Assembly: GCA_965223905.1 (NCBI GenBank)
Contig: CBDCXV010000010.1
Coordinates: 1,600,001-1,664,000 of the forward strand
Source of the DNA: Candidatus Latescibacterota bacterium
GTDB taxonomy: Bacteria > Latescibacterota > UBA2968 > UBA8231
Length of the DNA: 64,000 nucleotides
Direction: 5' to 3'
Part shown: positions 29,890-38,953 of the stretch, one piece after another
Numbering within the stretch: position 1 is the first letter of the stretch
Layout of the letters: each line of letters begins with the position of its first letter
The notes under the pieces: generated by a model
Databases searched by the model: none
What the model saw: only the letters and a program-made list of their open reading frames with translations
What the model was told of the DNA's origin: nothing
Translations under genes and position numbers: made by a program

Positions 29890-30040
29890 CGTGAACCATA
29901 GATAAAATGCCCACGATCGGTGCTGACTGTTTACCGCTTGTCTATACATTACGCAAGCTAGAAGGCGATCAGGATGTTGCCGCTCGTGCAGAACCGACCC
30001 GTTCCCACTCAACCCTGGCCTTGCCCGATCATTGGAGGCG

Positions 30041-31717
30041 TCAGTGACGCGAGCCGATAGTTTTCTGCATCCGGAATCCGTGCGCCGAGAACTGCTGAAC
30101 TAACAGCCCTTTCCTGCCACCACGGACGTTGACGGCCTGCTCGACTACAGCGGCTTTGGTGTTCGCCCCGTGCCAAATCTCTTCGATGGCGTTCGACGGC
30201 AAGTCGATCACCCCTATGGGCCAGTCATTCCTGTCCAGGGATCCTACGTCGCGCGTTTTGTCAGCATCAACCAGCAGCCGCACCTCCGACTCGTACTCCC
30301 ATGACATACCTTTGACCAACAGTAGGCGCGATAGGGACTTCCAGTCCGTCCCGAATGTTGCAAGATCGACGGTTGATTGAATCGAAGTGCCAGCCCGTTC
30401 TTCGCCCGCCCTCAAACGACGGTCCATCTCCTCGCGGTTGGCTAGGTCCAAGCGAATCGTATCGTCCTTCAAGGGTTGGTAGTTCGGTGCCATCTCAGAG
30501 TACATCACCGGCCTCAATTCGTAGCCTAGCGATCTCAGCGCGTCTGTGCTGTACCCGGCGACTATGCCGGTGTTGCGCGCATAGTGCGCCCACATTGTCG
30601 GAACTAGTGGGTCCGTGCTTAACGACACGACTCCAACCAAGTCGTTCAGGAATGCCTGAATGAAAGGCGACAGCCTCGGACTGCCGTGTCGTCGGGCTTC
30701 CACCAAGAGGTCGTACCAAGGCAGTTCAACGTCCAGGTGCGACTTCAGTTTTTTCTGCAATAGCCGAAGGAAGTTTAGCGTGTCATGGTCGCCTCTTCCG
30801 ATCGTCTCGACATTGCATTCCATGATGTCGTTCAACGCGAGCATTTGGGTGGCGCGTAGGCTTTTGGGCGCTCCCTTGTACACGAGTTCCGCAGGGATGT
30901 ACTTGTAGACAATGCCGGGTATTTCGACGTCTCCCCATAGCCACTCCTGTAGGCAATCTTGTGACTGGTATAGCTGAAGCCAATGCGTAGCCAGCTGGCT
31001 GGCTCTAGCTCCCACGCCGCTTGCCTGAGACATAGCCGACACCACGCTTGAAAGGGTCATCTGGATGACCTTCTCGCTGTACGCGTGGTGGCGTTTGTGT
31101 ATGGAGCAGTAGATGCCCTGATCGGCCAACGGGCGGACCGCGGATCGAGCGGGCCTCAACGGCTCGGCAGGCACGTGCAGCAAATCCAGGCCGGGGTTCG
31201 GCGATATGAGGACTGCACCCTCTGGAGGTGGTGGCATGCGAGTCGCTTTGTCCTTTTGCTGTCTATCTGTGTCGCGAATGGCGGTCTCCAACCACTCGAC
31301 GTCGTATTGATAGTGGGCGTTCTTCGATTTGCTGGCACGCCTGTCAGACTCCTTGTGCAGGCCGAAGTCGGCGCAGTACATGAGGTCCAACCTGCCACGA
31401 GAGCCATGGCAGTCGCAGCCATCCGAAAGTGTTTCGCACCACGGATACGGCTCCCCATCGACACGGTAGTCGTCGTGGTCCCAGCCAGCAGGAAGCTGGT
31501 CTACTATGGAGGACCAGTTGGCTAGATTGTCTGCCAGAACAGATGGCTTGAACGGTGTCCCGGGCTTGTGTTCGTCTAGACGCATGCCAATTTGGAGAGT
31601 TAGTCGTGTATGGAAGATCTCGACCAATCGGTCCGGTGACTGAAACGACGCCTGTATCTTCATCCATACACGAGAGTTGCGGATAACCGCTTCGTAGAGG
31701 TGACTGCGCTCTGTCAT
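30041..31717 (-). CDS. DUF2971-domain protein with N-terminal extension
   Basis: VYKY, LNDIME, SLS...MWAHYA, V.YS, K..SWEYESEVRL. Confidence 0.7.
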   Translation of the reverse strand: MTERSHLYEAVIRNSRVWMKIQASFQSPDRLVEIFHTRLTLQIGMRLDEHKPGTPFKPSVLADNLANWSSIVDQLPAGWDHDDYRVDGEPYPWCETLSDGCDCHGSRGRLDLMYCADFGLHKESDRRASKSKNAHYQYDVEWLETAIRDTDRQQKDKATRMPPPPEGAVLISPNPGLDLLHVPAEPLRPARSAVRPLADQGIYCSIHKRHHAYSEKVIQMTLSSVVSAMSQASGVGARASQLATHWLQLYQSQDCLQEWLWGDVEIPGIVYKYIPAELVYKGAPKSLRATQMLALNDIMECNVETIGRGDHDTLNFLRLLQKKLKSHLDVELPWYDLLVEARRHGSPRLSPFIQAFLNDLVGVVSLSTDPLVPTMWAHYARNTGIVAGYSTDALRSLGYELRPVMYSEMAPNYQPLKDDTIRLDLANREEMDRRLRAGEERAGTSIQSTVDLATFGTDWKSLSRLLLVKGMSWEYESEVRLLVDADKTRDVGSLDRNDWPIGVIDLPSNAIEEIWHGANTKAAVVEQAVNVRGGRKGLLVQQFSAHGFRMQKTIGSRH

Positions 31718-31823
31718 TCTTGCGTTTCCCTAAACGGTCGTGCCAAAGCTACGACGTGCCATTCGGTGCTGTCAGTTCTCACACGAGCTCGGCGGGATTT
31801 GAAATGTCTGCGCGGCGAAGGCG

Positions 31824-31898
31824 TTCCTCCGACATCAGCGAATGCGCAGCCTGTGGCGGGCGCCTGCGGATCGTCGCCGCCTGACCTGCCTTTTCGAC
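31824..31898 (+). mobile_element. ISCR fragment G (tiny, internally deleted)
   Basis: TTCCTCCGAC.TCAGCGAATGCGC..CTGTGGCGG.CGCCTGCGGATCGTCGCCGCC|TGACCTGCC. Confidence 0.8.
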
Positions 31899-31976
31899 AC
31901 CGCGACAGATTGGTAAGGTTACACTGTACGGCCTCGAACGACAGGCCGAAATTACTCCGCTTAACAGCATGTCAAA

Positions 31977-32996
31977 ATGATCAGGGTAGCAGTCAGCGCC
32001 GGCGATCTCTCGGAGAGCTGGCTGAAGCGCGTGTCACAGCTCGGCGTGGACTGTGTCGACGTCGACACCGACCTGCCGGGGGTGAAAGAGCAGGGCTATC
32101 CGGATCTGGACGGACTTCTGCGGATCGTCAAGAAAATCAAGTCCTTTGGTCTGGATCTGAATCGGTGCACTCTGCCCGCGGTGACCGATCGGTTCATGAC
32201 GGATCGGGAAGGTGGCGAAGAGGAGGCGGAGCGCGCCGTGCTGGCGCTGCGGGTATACGCCGAGGCCGGTCTTCCGATCATCAGACCAGCTCTCACAGGC
32301 GACCAGTTCAATCATCTCGCGAGGTTCACCAAGTCACTGCACCGAGGCGGCTACGAGACGAGGGGACTGAGCATGAATCAGCCCCCCGGTCACGACTTCA
32401 CCGACGAACGGGCGCTGCGCTTCTCGTACTGGCCGCGGGTGATGGGGTGGAGGCATCCCTCGCAGGAGCAGTTGGAGGACTGGTGGGCCCACTTCTGCCG
32501 GCTCTACGAGCGGCTGGTGCCGGAGGCGGAAGAGCGCGGCGTGAAGCTGGCCATGCATCCCAGCGACATCCCGCTGCCGGATACGCCGTTCGGCGGATTG
32601 GGGTTCCACCGCATCATCGACGCCTTTCCGAATTCCTGCGTCGGGTATCTTTACTGCTGCGGAACGCGCGCCGAGGCCGGCGGCATGCCGCTGGTGCTCG
32701 ACGAGATTCACAACTACGGACGGAAGGGCCGCATCTTCATGGTCCACCTGCGCAATCCGCGCGGCACGTTTGGCATCGACCGTGCCTTCGAGGAGTCTCT
32801 GCTCGACGACGGGGGCGGAGACATGTTTACCATTCTGCGGGCATTGAGAGACGTGGGGTTCGATGGTTGCGTGAATCCCGATCACTACTATCCGCTCGAG
32901 GGGGACAGCGAATCGGAAAAAGGTCGGAGCCTGTCGTATGCCGTGGGATACATCAAGGGGCTCATCGCGGCCCTCGAGTCAGGTGGATGGAGGTGA
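31977..32996 (+). CDS. Mannonate dehydratase (UxuA)-family protein
   Basis: KLAMHPSD.P, YCCGT, VHLRN, FEES, NPDH, YAVGYIKGL. Confidence 0.8.
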   Translation: MIRVAVSAGDLSESWLKRVSQLGVDCVDVDTDLPGVKEQGYPDLDGLLRIVKKIKSFGLDLNRCTLPAVTDRFMTDREGGEEEAERAVLALRVYAEAGLPIIRPALTGDQFNHLARFTKSLHRGGYETRGLSMNQPPGHDFTDERALRFSYWPRVMGWRHPSQEQLEDWWAHFCRLYERLVPEAEERGVKLAMHPSDIPLPDTPFGGLGFHRIIDAFPNSCVGYLYCCGTRAEAGGMPLVLDEIHNYGRKGRIFMVHLRNPRGTFGIDRAFEESLLDDGGGDMFTILRALRDVGFDGCVNPDHYYPLEGDSESEKGRSLSYAVGYIKGLIAALESGGWR

Positions 32997-33014
32997 CGAA
33001 GGTCCGCATCTCCC

Positions 33015-34121
33015 TCAAGCCTCCGGCTTCTCCACAAACGCACCGGCATCCCTCAACGCCTGCACCGCAGTATCGCGGTCCTCGAGCGGCAGCGTGACCG
33101 GCTGATTTCCTGCAAGTTGCGACTGGTAGACGGCCATGACGAGCTCCAGCGATCGGCGCCCGACTCTGCCGTCGCTGCGCAGCTGCCCATTCCCTTCCAG
33201 AGCGGCGACCAGCTCTTCCAGTGCGAGCACGTAGGTCGATTCCGGCGGCGGGTGCTCGACCTCCGCTTCCTTCAACGCGCTCCACTGAAAGCCGGAATCC
33301 GGCTCGTAGTCGTCGGGCACCGCCTGTAGAAGCCTGACTTTCTCCCAGGCCATGTGGATGGTGCCGCTGTCGCCGCGCAGCTGAAAGTCGGTATCGGTGT
33401 ATCCGGTGAGCTCGGCCGAGTGCACAGCGCCGGTGATGCCGCTCCTGAACTTCATGAAGGCGGCGGCGAAGTCCTCGACGGCCCAGGGGCGCAGGCGCTG
33501 CTCGGCCATGCCGCAGAGCCACTCGACCTCGCCGGCGAACATGTCCATCATGTCGAAGTAGTGGGTGAAGTCGTGCAGCATCGGACCCTCGTTCTCGCTG
33601 CGCCACCACGGAGCCGGTTTGCCTCCGTCCCAGTAGCAGAGGATGTGCCTGAGCTCGCCGATGGCGCCGTCTTTGACGAGCTGCAGGCCGAGGGACCATT
33701 CCGGATTCCAGCGCCGGTTGTGGTTCATCTGCAGGAGCGTGTCGGTGCGGTCGCAGGTGTCTATCATGCGGTCGCACTCGGCCAGGGTGAGGCCCATCGG
33801 CTTTTCGCAGATGATCGCCTTCACGGAGGGGAATTCGGCGCAGGTCACGACCATGTCGGAGTGAAGCTCGGGATGCGTCGCGATGATGCAGATGTCCGGC
33901 TTCACCTCATCGAGCATCTGGCGGTAGTCGTGATAGAGCGCATCGATGCCAAAGCGCTTGCCGAAGTCCTCGAGCTTCTCCCTGCCGCGATTGACGCCGG
34001 CGACGAGCTCGCAGCTGTCGACTTGCTGCACGGCCTCGGCGTGATTGTCGGGGAGATCGGCGAAGCTGAACTGGTAGCCGACGCGGCCGGTGCCGATGAG
34101 GGCGATGCGGTGTTTTGCCAT
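33015..34121 (-). CDS. Gfo/Idh/MocA oxidoreductase
   Basis: RIALIGTGRVG, ICEKPMG, HNRRW, THYFD. Confidence 0.88.
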   Translation of the reverse strand: MAKHRIALIGTGRVGYQFSFADLPDNHAEAVQQVDSCELVAGVNRGREKLEDFGKRFGIDALYHDYRQMLDEVKPDICIIATHPELHSDMVVTCAEFPSVKAIICEKPMGLTLAECDRMIDTCDRTDTLLQMNHNRRWNPEWSLGLQLVKDGAIGELRHILCYWDGGKPAPWWRSENEGPMLHDFTHYFDMMDMFAGEVEWLCGMAEQRLRPWAVEDFAAAFMKFRSGITGAVHSAELTGYTDTDFQLRGDSGTIHMAWEKVRLLQAVPDDYEPDSGFQWSALKEAEVEHPPPESTYVLALEELVAALEGNGQLRSDGRVGRRSLELVMAVYQSQLAGNQPVTLPLEDRDTAVQALRDAGAFVEKPEA

Positions 34122-34132
34122 TGCAGGTCCCT

Positions 34133-35206
34133 TCAGACGTGGTAGATGTAGAGGTCCCGATTCTCCAGCGGCAGGTCCACCCAGACGCCGCCGCGGCGAT
34201 GGCTCTCGGCTGCGGCGAAGACGGCTTCGGTGGTGCGGTGGGCCAAGTCGATGTTGTTGTACGACGGCCGTTCCGACTCGCGGGCATCGACGATGTCCTC
34301 GAGGCAGGCTGCGACCGAGCTGTTCGGCGATGGGATCCTCACCGGGCGCACTTCGTACTCGTCCCACTCGCCCGTACGCAGCATCACACCGGCACCGTTG
34401 TTGAGCGCCCGAATGCTCCCCTCAGAGCCGATGACTTCGGCCTCCATCTCCCATCCAAACGCCGGCACTGACCAGCCTTCGACACCGCTCTCGAAGCGGA
34501 TCTGGAAATTGGCAAGCGGGTCCTTGGGAAGCTGCTCGCCCACGAACTGGTCATCTGGGGGGACGAGGTCGCCGCGCACGGAGACGATCCCGGGGTCGCC
34601 GATGAGGCTGGAAATGAGATCGACGGAGTGGATGTGTCCGTGCACGAGGGTCGAGCGAGCGAAGGCGACGGCAATCTTCGGCTCGCCGATGTCGCCGGCG
34701 GCGATGGCATCCCGCACCACCTGAAAGCCGCTGTTGAAGCGCTTGAAGACGCCGGTGTTGACGACGGTGCCGTTGCCGGTGCAGACATCGCGCAGCTCGT
34801 CGGCTCTCGCCATCGAGCAGGCGATCGCCTTCTCCAGATACAGCATCGGGATTCCGGCTTCGGAGACGGCGATGCCGATGTCGGCGTGGGCGTCGCCGCG
34901 GTATTCGGGATCGGGCGCCGTGTTGACGCGCTTGGGCAAGCCACCTGACGGCACGCAGACGGCGACGAGATCGAGCTGCTCCCGCGCCAGCATGTCGGGG
35001 AAGTCCTCGAACACGGTCTCGACGCCCCACTTCTCGACGAAGGCGTCGCGTTTCTCCGGTTCGGGATCGGCTCCGGCCACGACTTCGAGCCGCTCGATTC
35101 TTCGGCACGCCGAGGCGATGGAATCGGGCACATCCGGGTGCCGGCCCTCGTCGATGGTGCTGCCCATGCGGCCGAGGCCGATGATGCCGACGCGGTAGGT
35201 CTTCAT
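34133..35206 (-). CDS. Gfo/Idh/MocA oxidoreductase
   Basis: YRVGIIGLGRMG, YLEKAIA, HSVDL. Confidence 0.85.
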   Translation of the reverse strand: MKTYRVGIIGLGRMGSTIDEGRHPDVPDSIASACRRIERLEVVAGADPEPEKRDAFVEKWGVETVFEDFPDMLAREQLDLVAVCVPSGGLPKRVNTAPDPEYRGDAHADIGIAVSEAGIPMLYLEKAIACSMARADELRDVCTGNGTVVNTGVFKRFNSGFQVVRDAIAAGDIGEPKIAVAFARSTLVHGHIHSVDLISSLIGDPGIVSVRGDLVPPDDQFVGEQLPKDPLANFQIRFESGVEGWSVPAFGWEMEAEVIGSEGSIRALNNGAGVMLRTGEWDEYEVRPVRIPSPNSSVAACLEDIVDARESERPSYNNIDLAHRTTEAVFAAAESHRRGGVWVDLPLENRDLYIYHV

Positions 35207-35260
35207 CGTCCCTGCTCCCCAGGATGCGGGCTCGTCAGAATCCAGACAAAGGAGAATTTC

Positions 35261-36151
35261 GTGAGACGCTGTACGAGAATCAAGGAAACTACGCGCCTGA
35301 CCCACCGGAATGTGCAGGCTTTTCTGAGACGTTTCGCTAAGCAGATAGATATCGATGATCTGGAGTTTGTGCCTTCGGGTCCGTACAGCGCCAGCTTTAC
35401 ATTTTACTACCAGAGAGACAAGGTGCTCAAAGTCAACAAGGTTGGATCTCGTCCTTCACTGCTGAAGGAAACGATACTTGCGGATTACCTGAGTAAGCAA
35501 GATTTGCGAGTTTCGGTTCCCAGGCCGTTGTACGTACATCCCAAAGGGTTTTACGCGGTGTTCTCTAGAATAGACGCTGCGGAGCTGGCGCCCCAGGTGG
35601 TCATGGCCATGAGTGAGAGTCAACGAGAGTCGCTTGTCCGATCGCTTGGAGAGTTTTTTACATTTTTGCACAGCGAGGATATGCCACACGAAGTCAAGAG
35701 ACACGTCCCCCAACCGAAAGCGGACTTGAAGCTCGAACTCAAGCAGGCGCGGCGCGGCTTGGAGTGTCTCAGAGAGCATGAACCAGGTTTTGAGGTGACG
35801 AGTTTCGAAGAGCGACTTCAAGAACTGGAGGAGTGTACGGACCAGGTTTGGGCAATAACGCACAGCGACTTTTCCCTCGGTAACATTCTTGTGGATGCTT
35901 TGGACGTCGAACGCTTGTCTATCATCGACTTTACCGACGCGGAGATGGCTGACCCATCGGTCGATTTTGCGTGTCTTCAAGGAGATCTGGAAGACGAGGA
36001 ACTTGAACCTGCACCCATAATAGAAGGGGTTCTGAAACACTATGAAACAGAGGACCCAGCACTCCGAGCCAAGATTGAGTTCAGGCGGCTCGTTGGGGGA
36101 AATCATGGACCAATTCAGAAGTGTCAGGCTCGCTCTGCGACGAGCTGGTAA
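35261..36151 (+). CDS. APH/choline-kinase-family phosphotransferase
   Basis: VLKV, THSDFSLGNIL (Brenner motif), IIDF, DPSVDFA; RBS AAGGAG before GTG. Confidence 0.8.
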   Translation: MRRCTRIKETTRLTHRNVQAFLRRFAKQIDIDDLEFVPSGPYSASFTFYYQRDKVLKVNKVGSRPSLLKETILADYLSKQDLRVSVPRPLYVHPKGFYAVFSRIDAAELAPQVVMAMSESQRESLVRSLGEFFTFLHSEDMPHEVKRHVPQPKADLKLELKQARRGLECLREHEPGFEVTSFEERLQELEECTDQVWAITHSDFSLGNILVDALDVERLSIIDFTDAEMADPSVDFACLQGDLEDEELEPAPIIEGVLKHYETEDPALRAKIEFRRLVGGNHGPIQKCQARSATSW

Positions 36152-36465
36152 AGACGAATGAGGTGCGTGCCGGCCTCGCGGTCCGGTATGCGCCGTGGTG
36201 GCTGAACGTCAACGTACTCGTTCCCGCGCGAGCGCTTCGCCGCAGCCGTGCCCCGGCCCAGGACCGGATCGGTCGCGATGACCTCGACACCAGGGCGAGT
36301 ACCGCCTAGCCCTTGGTCGCCAACCCCCGATCGGTGGGCCCCATGATACCGGGAGGTGGATTGCCTGGGCTACTCCATTTCGGCCAGTTGAGGCACGACT
36401 CGGCCAGTGACGGGCGGGGGGGGGGAAGGCGACTTCCAGAGGTGGACGTGCCGCATCGCCGGGCT

Positions 36466-38352
36466 CTATCGGGCCGGCTCGAAGTCCAGGTTCTCCGTGA
36501 TCCTCGTGCCGTCCCGGGCGAAGGCCTGCGAGTACAGCCGGATCCGTTCCTTCGCCGTGGCCAGATCGTGGTTGTTGAGGTTGATGTTCAGCAGGTCGAT
36601 GTACCAGGGCGTCTTGGTCTCCCACAGGACGTAGCTCTCGACGATCTCCCGGGCGATGGGCAGGGTCGTCCCCTTGGAGTCGTCGTGCACGTCCCGGTCT
36701 CCGGCCTGCTGCAGCTTCTCGTACTCCTCCTCCAGCAGCCGGCGGAACAGCTCCAGGCCGAAGACCTCTCCCTCCCCCGCTCCGGTCTCCTCGTCGGCCT
36801 CGGTGAGGCGGCCGCCCTTGTGGAGCCACTCCCAGAGGATGCTCAGGCGGATCTCCCCCGTGGCCATGTCCTCCATGAGGTAGAGGATGTCGTCGTCGCC
36901 GAAGAAGTCGGCCGGCTTCAGGGCCGCCGCCTGGAACCCCTGGCCGAAGGCGTTGCCGTACTGGGCGGCGACGCTGATCAGGTTGCGGGCGCCCCGGACC
37001 GTGCGCGGCGCCGGCTCCAGCAGGGTCAGGCCGTCGGCGTCCTCCTCCGTGTAGGTGAGGGGCGGGAAACGCCGCCCGAGCTGGTTCTCGGCTCCGGCCT
37101 TCTCCCACACGGGGCGGACGATGTGGACCATCTTCCAGTGGGCCACCCACTTGCCGCTGGCCCCCTCGCGCTGCTCGCGCTCGGCGCCGGCCACGGCCCT
37201 CTCCATGCTGAGGGCCACGCCCTCCTCCGATCCCACCGGGATGTTCGGCTCCATGCCGCCCTGCCAGAGGGCGAAGCCCCCCGCGCGGTCGGCGGTGTTG
37301 ACGGCCCGGCGGACGCGGTCCTCGTAGTTGCGCATGTACCCGTAGGTCATGGTGATCGCCTCGATGTCGGGGTTGACGAACCCCGGGTCCCAGGCCATGG
37401 CGTCGGAGACGCTGTTGATGTAGTCCCAACGGCCGGTGTTGAAGCCGACGAAGTGGCGGCCCAGGGCGGCGCGGATCTCCATGAGCTGGAAGGTGGCCTC
37501 GAGCTGCTCCACGAGGACGTAGACCTTGACGGCGCCCTGAGCCAGCCCGAGATGGGCCTCCAGGGCGTCGAGCATCTCCGCCCACAGGGCGGCCTCCTCC
37601 GCGGTCTGGATCTTCGGCAGGTAGAGGACGATGGAGGAGCCGGCCCGCCGCAGCTCCTTGTGGTTGTTGGCCACGTACAGACCCAGGTCGACGATCGAGG
37701 CCGACAGGGCCACCCCCGCCCCGTCCCGGGTGTGCCGGTCGTCCAGGTGCAGCCCCCGGGCGCGGAAGATCTTGGTGGTGAAGCCGAGCTGTGCCTCCCA
37801 GTCCCCGACGATCGCGCGGCCGAAGAAGCCGGAGGCCCACTCGTTCATCTCCCCCGCCACCTGCTCGGCCGCCTGCAGGAAGACGGGATCGCGGCGGATG
37901 GCCAGGGCCAGGTTCCGCTGGTTGTCCAGGGACATGGTGGTGATCTGGCCGAGGGCGTCCTCGCCGTCGAACATCCAGCCGTCGGCGCCGGAGAGCAGGG
38001 CGTAGGCCACGTTGCGGATGCTGCGCTCCACCGGGGCCCGGGGCTTGCAGGCGGGGCCGGTCCCCTGGATCCACTGGCGCCGCAGGTCGGCGGGGATCTC
38101 GGAGCCGATGAAGTCCCCCCGCCGGGCCTCGCCGACGCGGAGGGGGGTCCGGGGGATGCAGTCATCCTCCTCGAGAAAGGCGATGCGCTCCCGGTACCGG
38201 GCCCGCGCCGCCCGCCGCTCCATGCGCGCCGCCATGACCGCCTTCTGCTCCGGGTTGAAGGGAGCCAGCGCTTCGAGGGCGGCCACGGCCGCGGGGGTGT
38301 ACACGTCGGGATAGGCGCTCCGCAGACCCGCACGAATCTGGATGGAACTCAT
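36466..38352 (-). CDS. aceB: Malate synthase
   Basis: MFDGEDA, RARGLHL, YLPK, VEQ, GFNTGRWDYINS, GKWVAH, LMEDMATGEIR. Confidence 0.85.
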   Translation of the reverse strand: MSSIQIRAGLRSAYPDVYTPAAVAALEALAPFNPEQKAVMAARMERRAARARYRERIAFLEEDDCIPRTPLRVGEARRGDFIGSEIPADLRRQWIQGTGPACKPRAPVERSIRNVAYALLSGADGWMFDGEDALGQITTMSLDNQRNLALAIRRDPVFLQAAEQVAGEMNEWASGFFGRAIVGDWEAQLGFTTKIFRARGLHLDDRHTRDGAGVALSASIVDLGLYVANNHKELRRAGSSIVLYLPKIQTAEEAALWAEMLDALEAHLGLAQGAVKVYVLVEQLEATFQLMEIRAALGRHFVGFNTGRWDYINSVSDAMAWDPGFVNPDIEAITMTYGYMRNYEDRVRRAVNTADRAGGFALWQGGMEPNIPVGSEEGVALSMERAVAGAEREQREGASGKWVAHWKMVHIVRPVWEKAGAENQLGRRFPPLTYTEEDADGLTLLEPAPRTVRGARNLISVAAQYGNAFGQGFQAAALKPADFFGDDDILYLMEDMATGEIRLSILWEWLHKGGRLTEADEETGAGEGEVFGLELFRRLLEEEYEKLQQAGDRDVHDDSKGTTLPIAREIVESYVLWETKTPWYIDLLNINLNNHDLATAKERIRLYSQAFARDGTRITENLDFEPAR

Positions 38353-38469
38353 GGATTCGAACCTATGTCGGAATGGGAAGGCGAGGGAGAGGGGGGGGCG
38401 CCGCGTCAAGATGGAAGGGGCCAGCGCTTCAGGTCAAGCTGACGGGGACGCGCCACGGCCGGGTCTCCG

Positions 38470-38880
38470 GCAGGTGGGAGCCGTCCTCTCCCTGGATCTG
38501 GCCACCAACGTCGCCGCCGGCCTCGTCGGCATCGGCGGCTCTCCGGGCGAGAGCGTCTTCGTGAAGGCGGGAGCCTCCACCGTCGAACCCGTGACGCCCG
38601 AGGACGGCAGCGGATACTTCCGGATGAACATCGACAAGGGAAACCAGTCGAACGGGGGCGAGTCGATGGTCGTCGTCGGGCACGTCGCCCACCCCGCCGT
38701 GACCGGCCAGGAGTACCGCCTGAAGTCCCTCGACAACTCCGGCCGTCCGGTCTCCGTCACGGCCGACGGCGAGGGCCGGCTGTGGCTGATCGTCGGCACC
38801 GACTCCGGGTTCGAGGGGCTGAGCGCCTTCTACTACGCCCGCATCGCCTGCACCCTCACACCCGTGGCTTCCGCCAAGAG
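38470..38880 (+). pseudogene. C-terminal fragment of a conserved hypothetical exported protein
   Basis: GIGGSPGESVFVKAGAS, MNIDKGNQS, LWLIVGTDSGFEG; no credible start; boundaries approximate. Confidence 0.45.
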
Positions 38881-38953
38881 GTTGGGCGGGTGCATGAAAA
38901 AGCGCCCGATGCCAAGGAGACACCGGGCGCTTTGCAGAGGTCGAGGACCGCGC

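Larger units (their letters stand above)
28652..29943 (+). mobile_element. IS110-family element with CT core at both ends
   Basis: Removing the element and one CT restores ATTTTAC-CT-ATAC as in copy A; long non-coding left end, recombinase, short right end. Confidence 0.92.
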
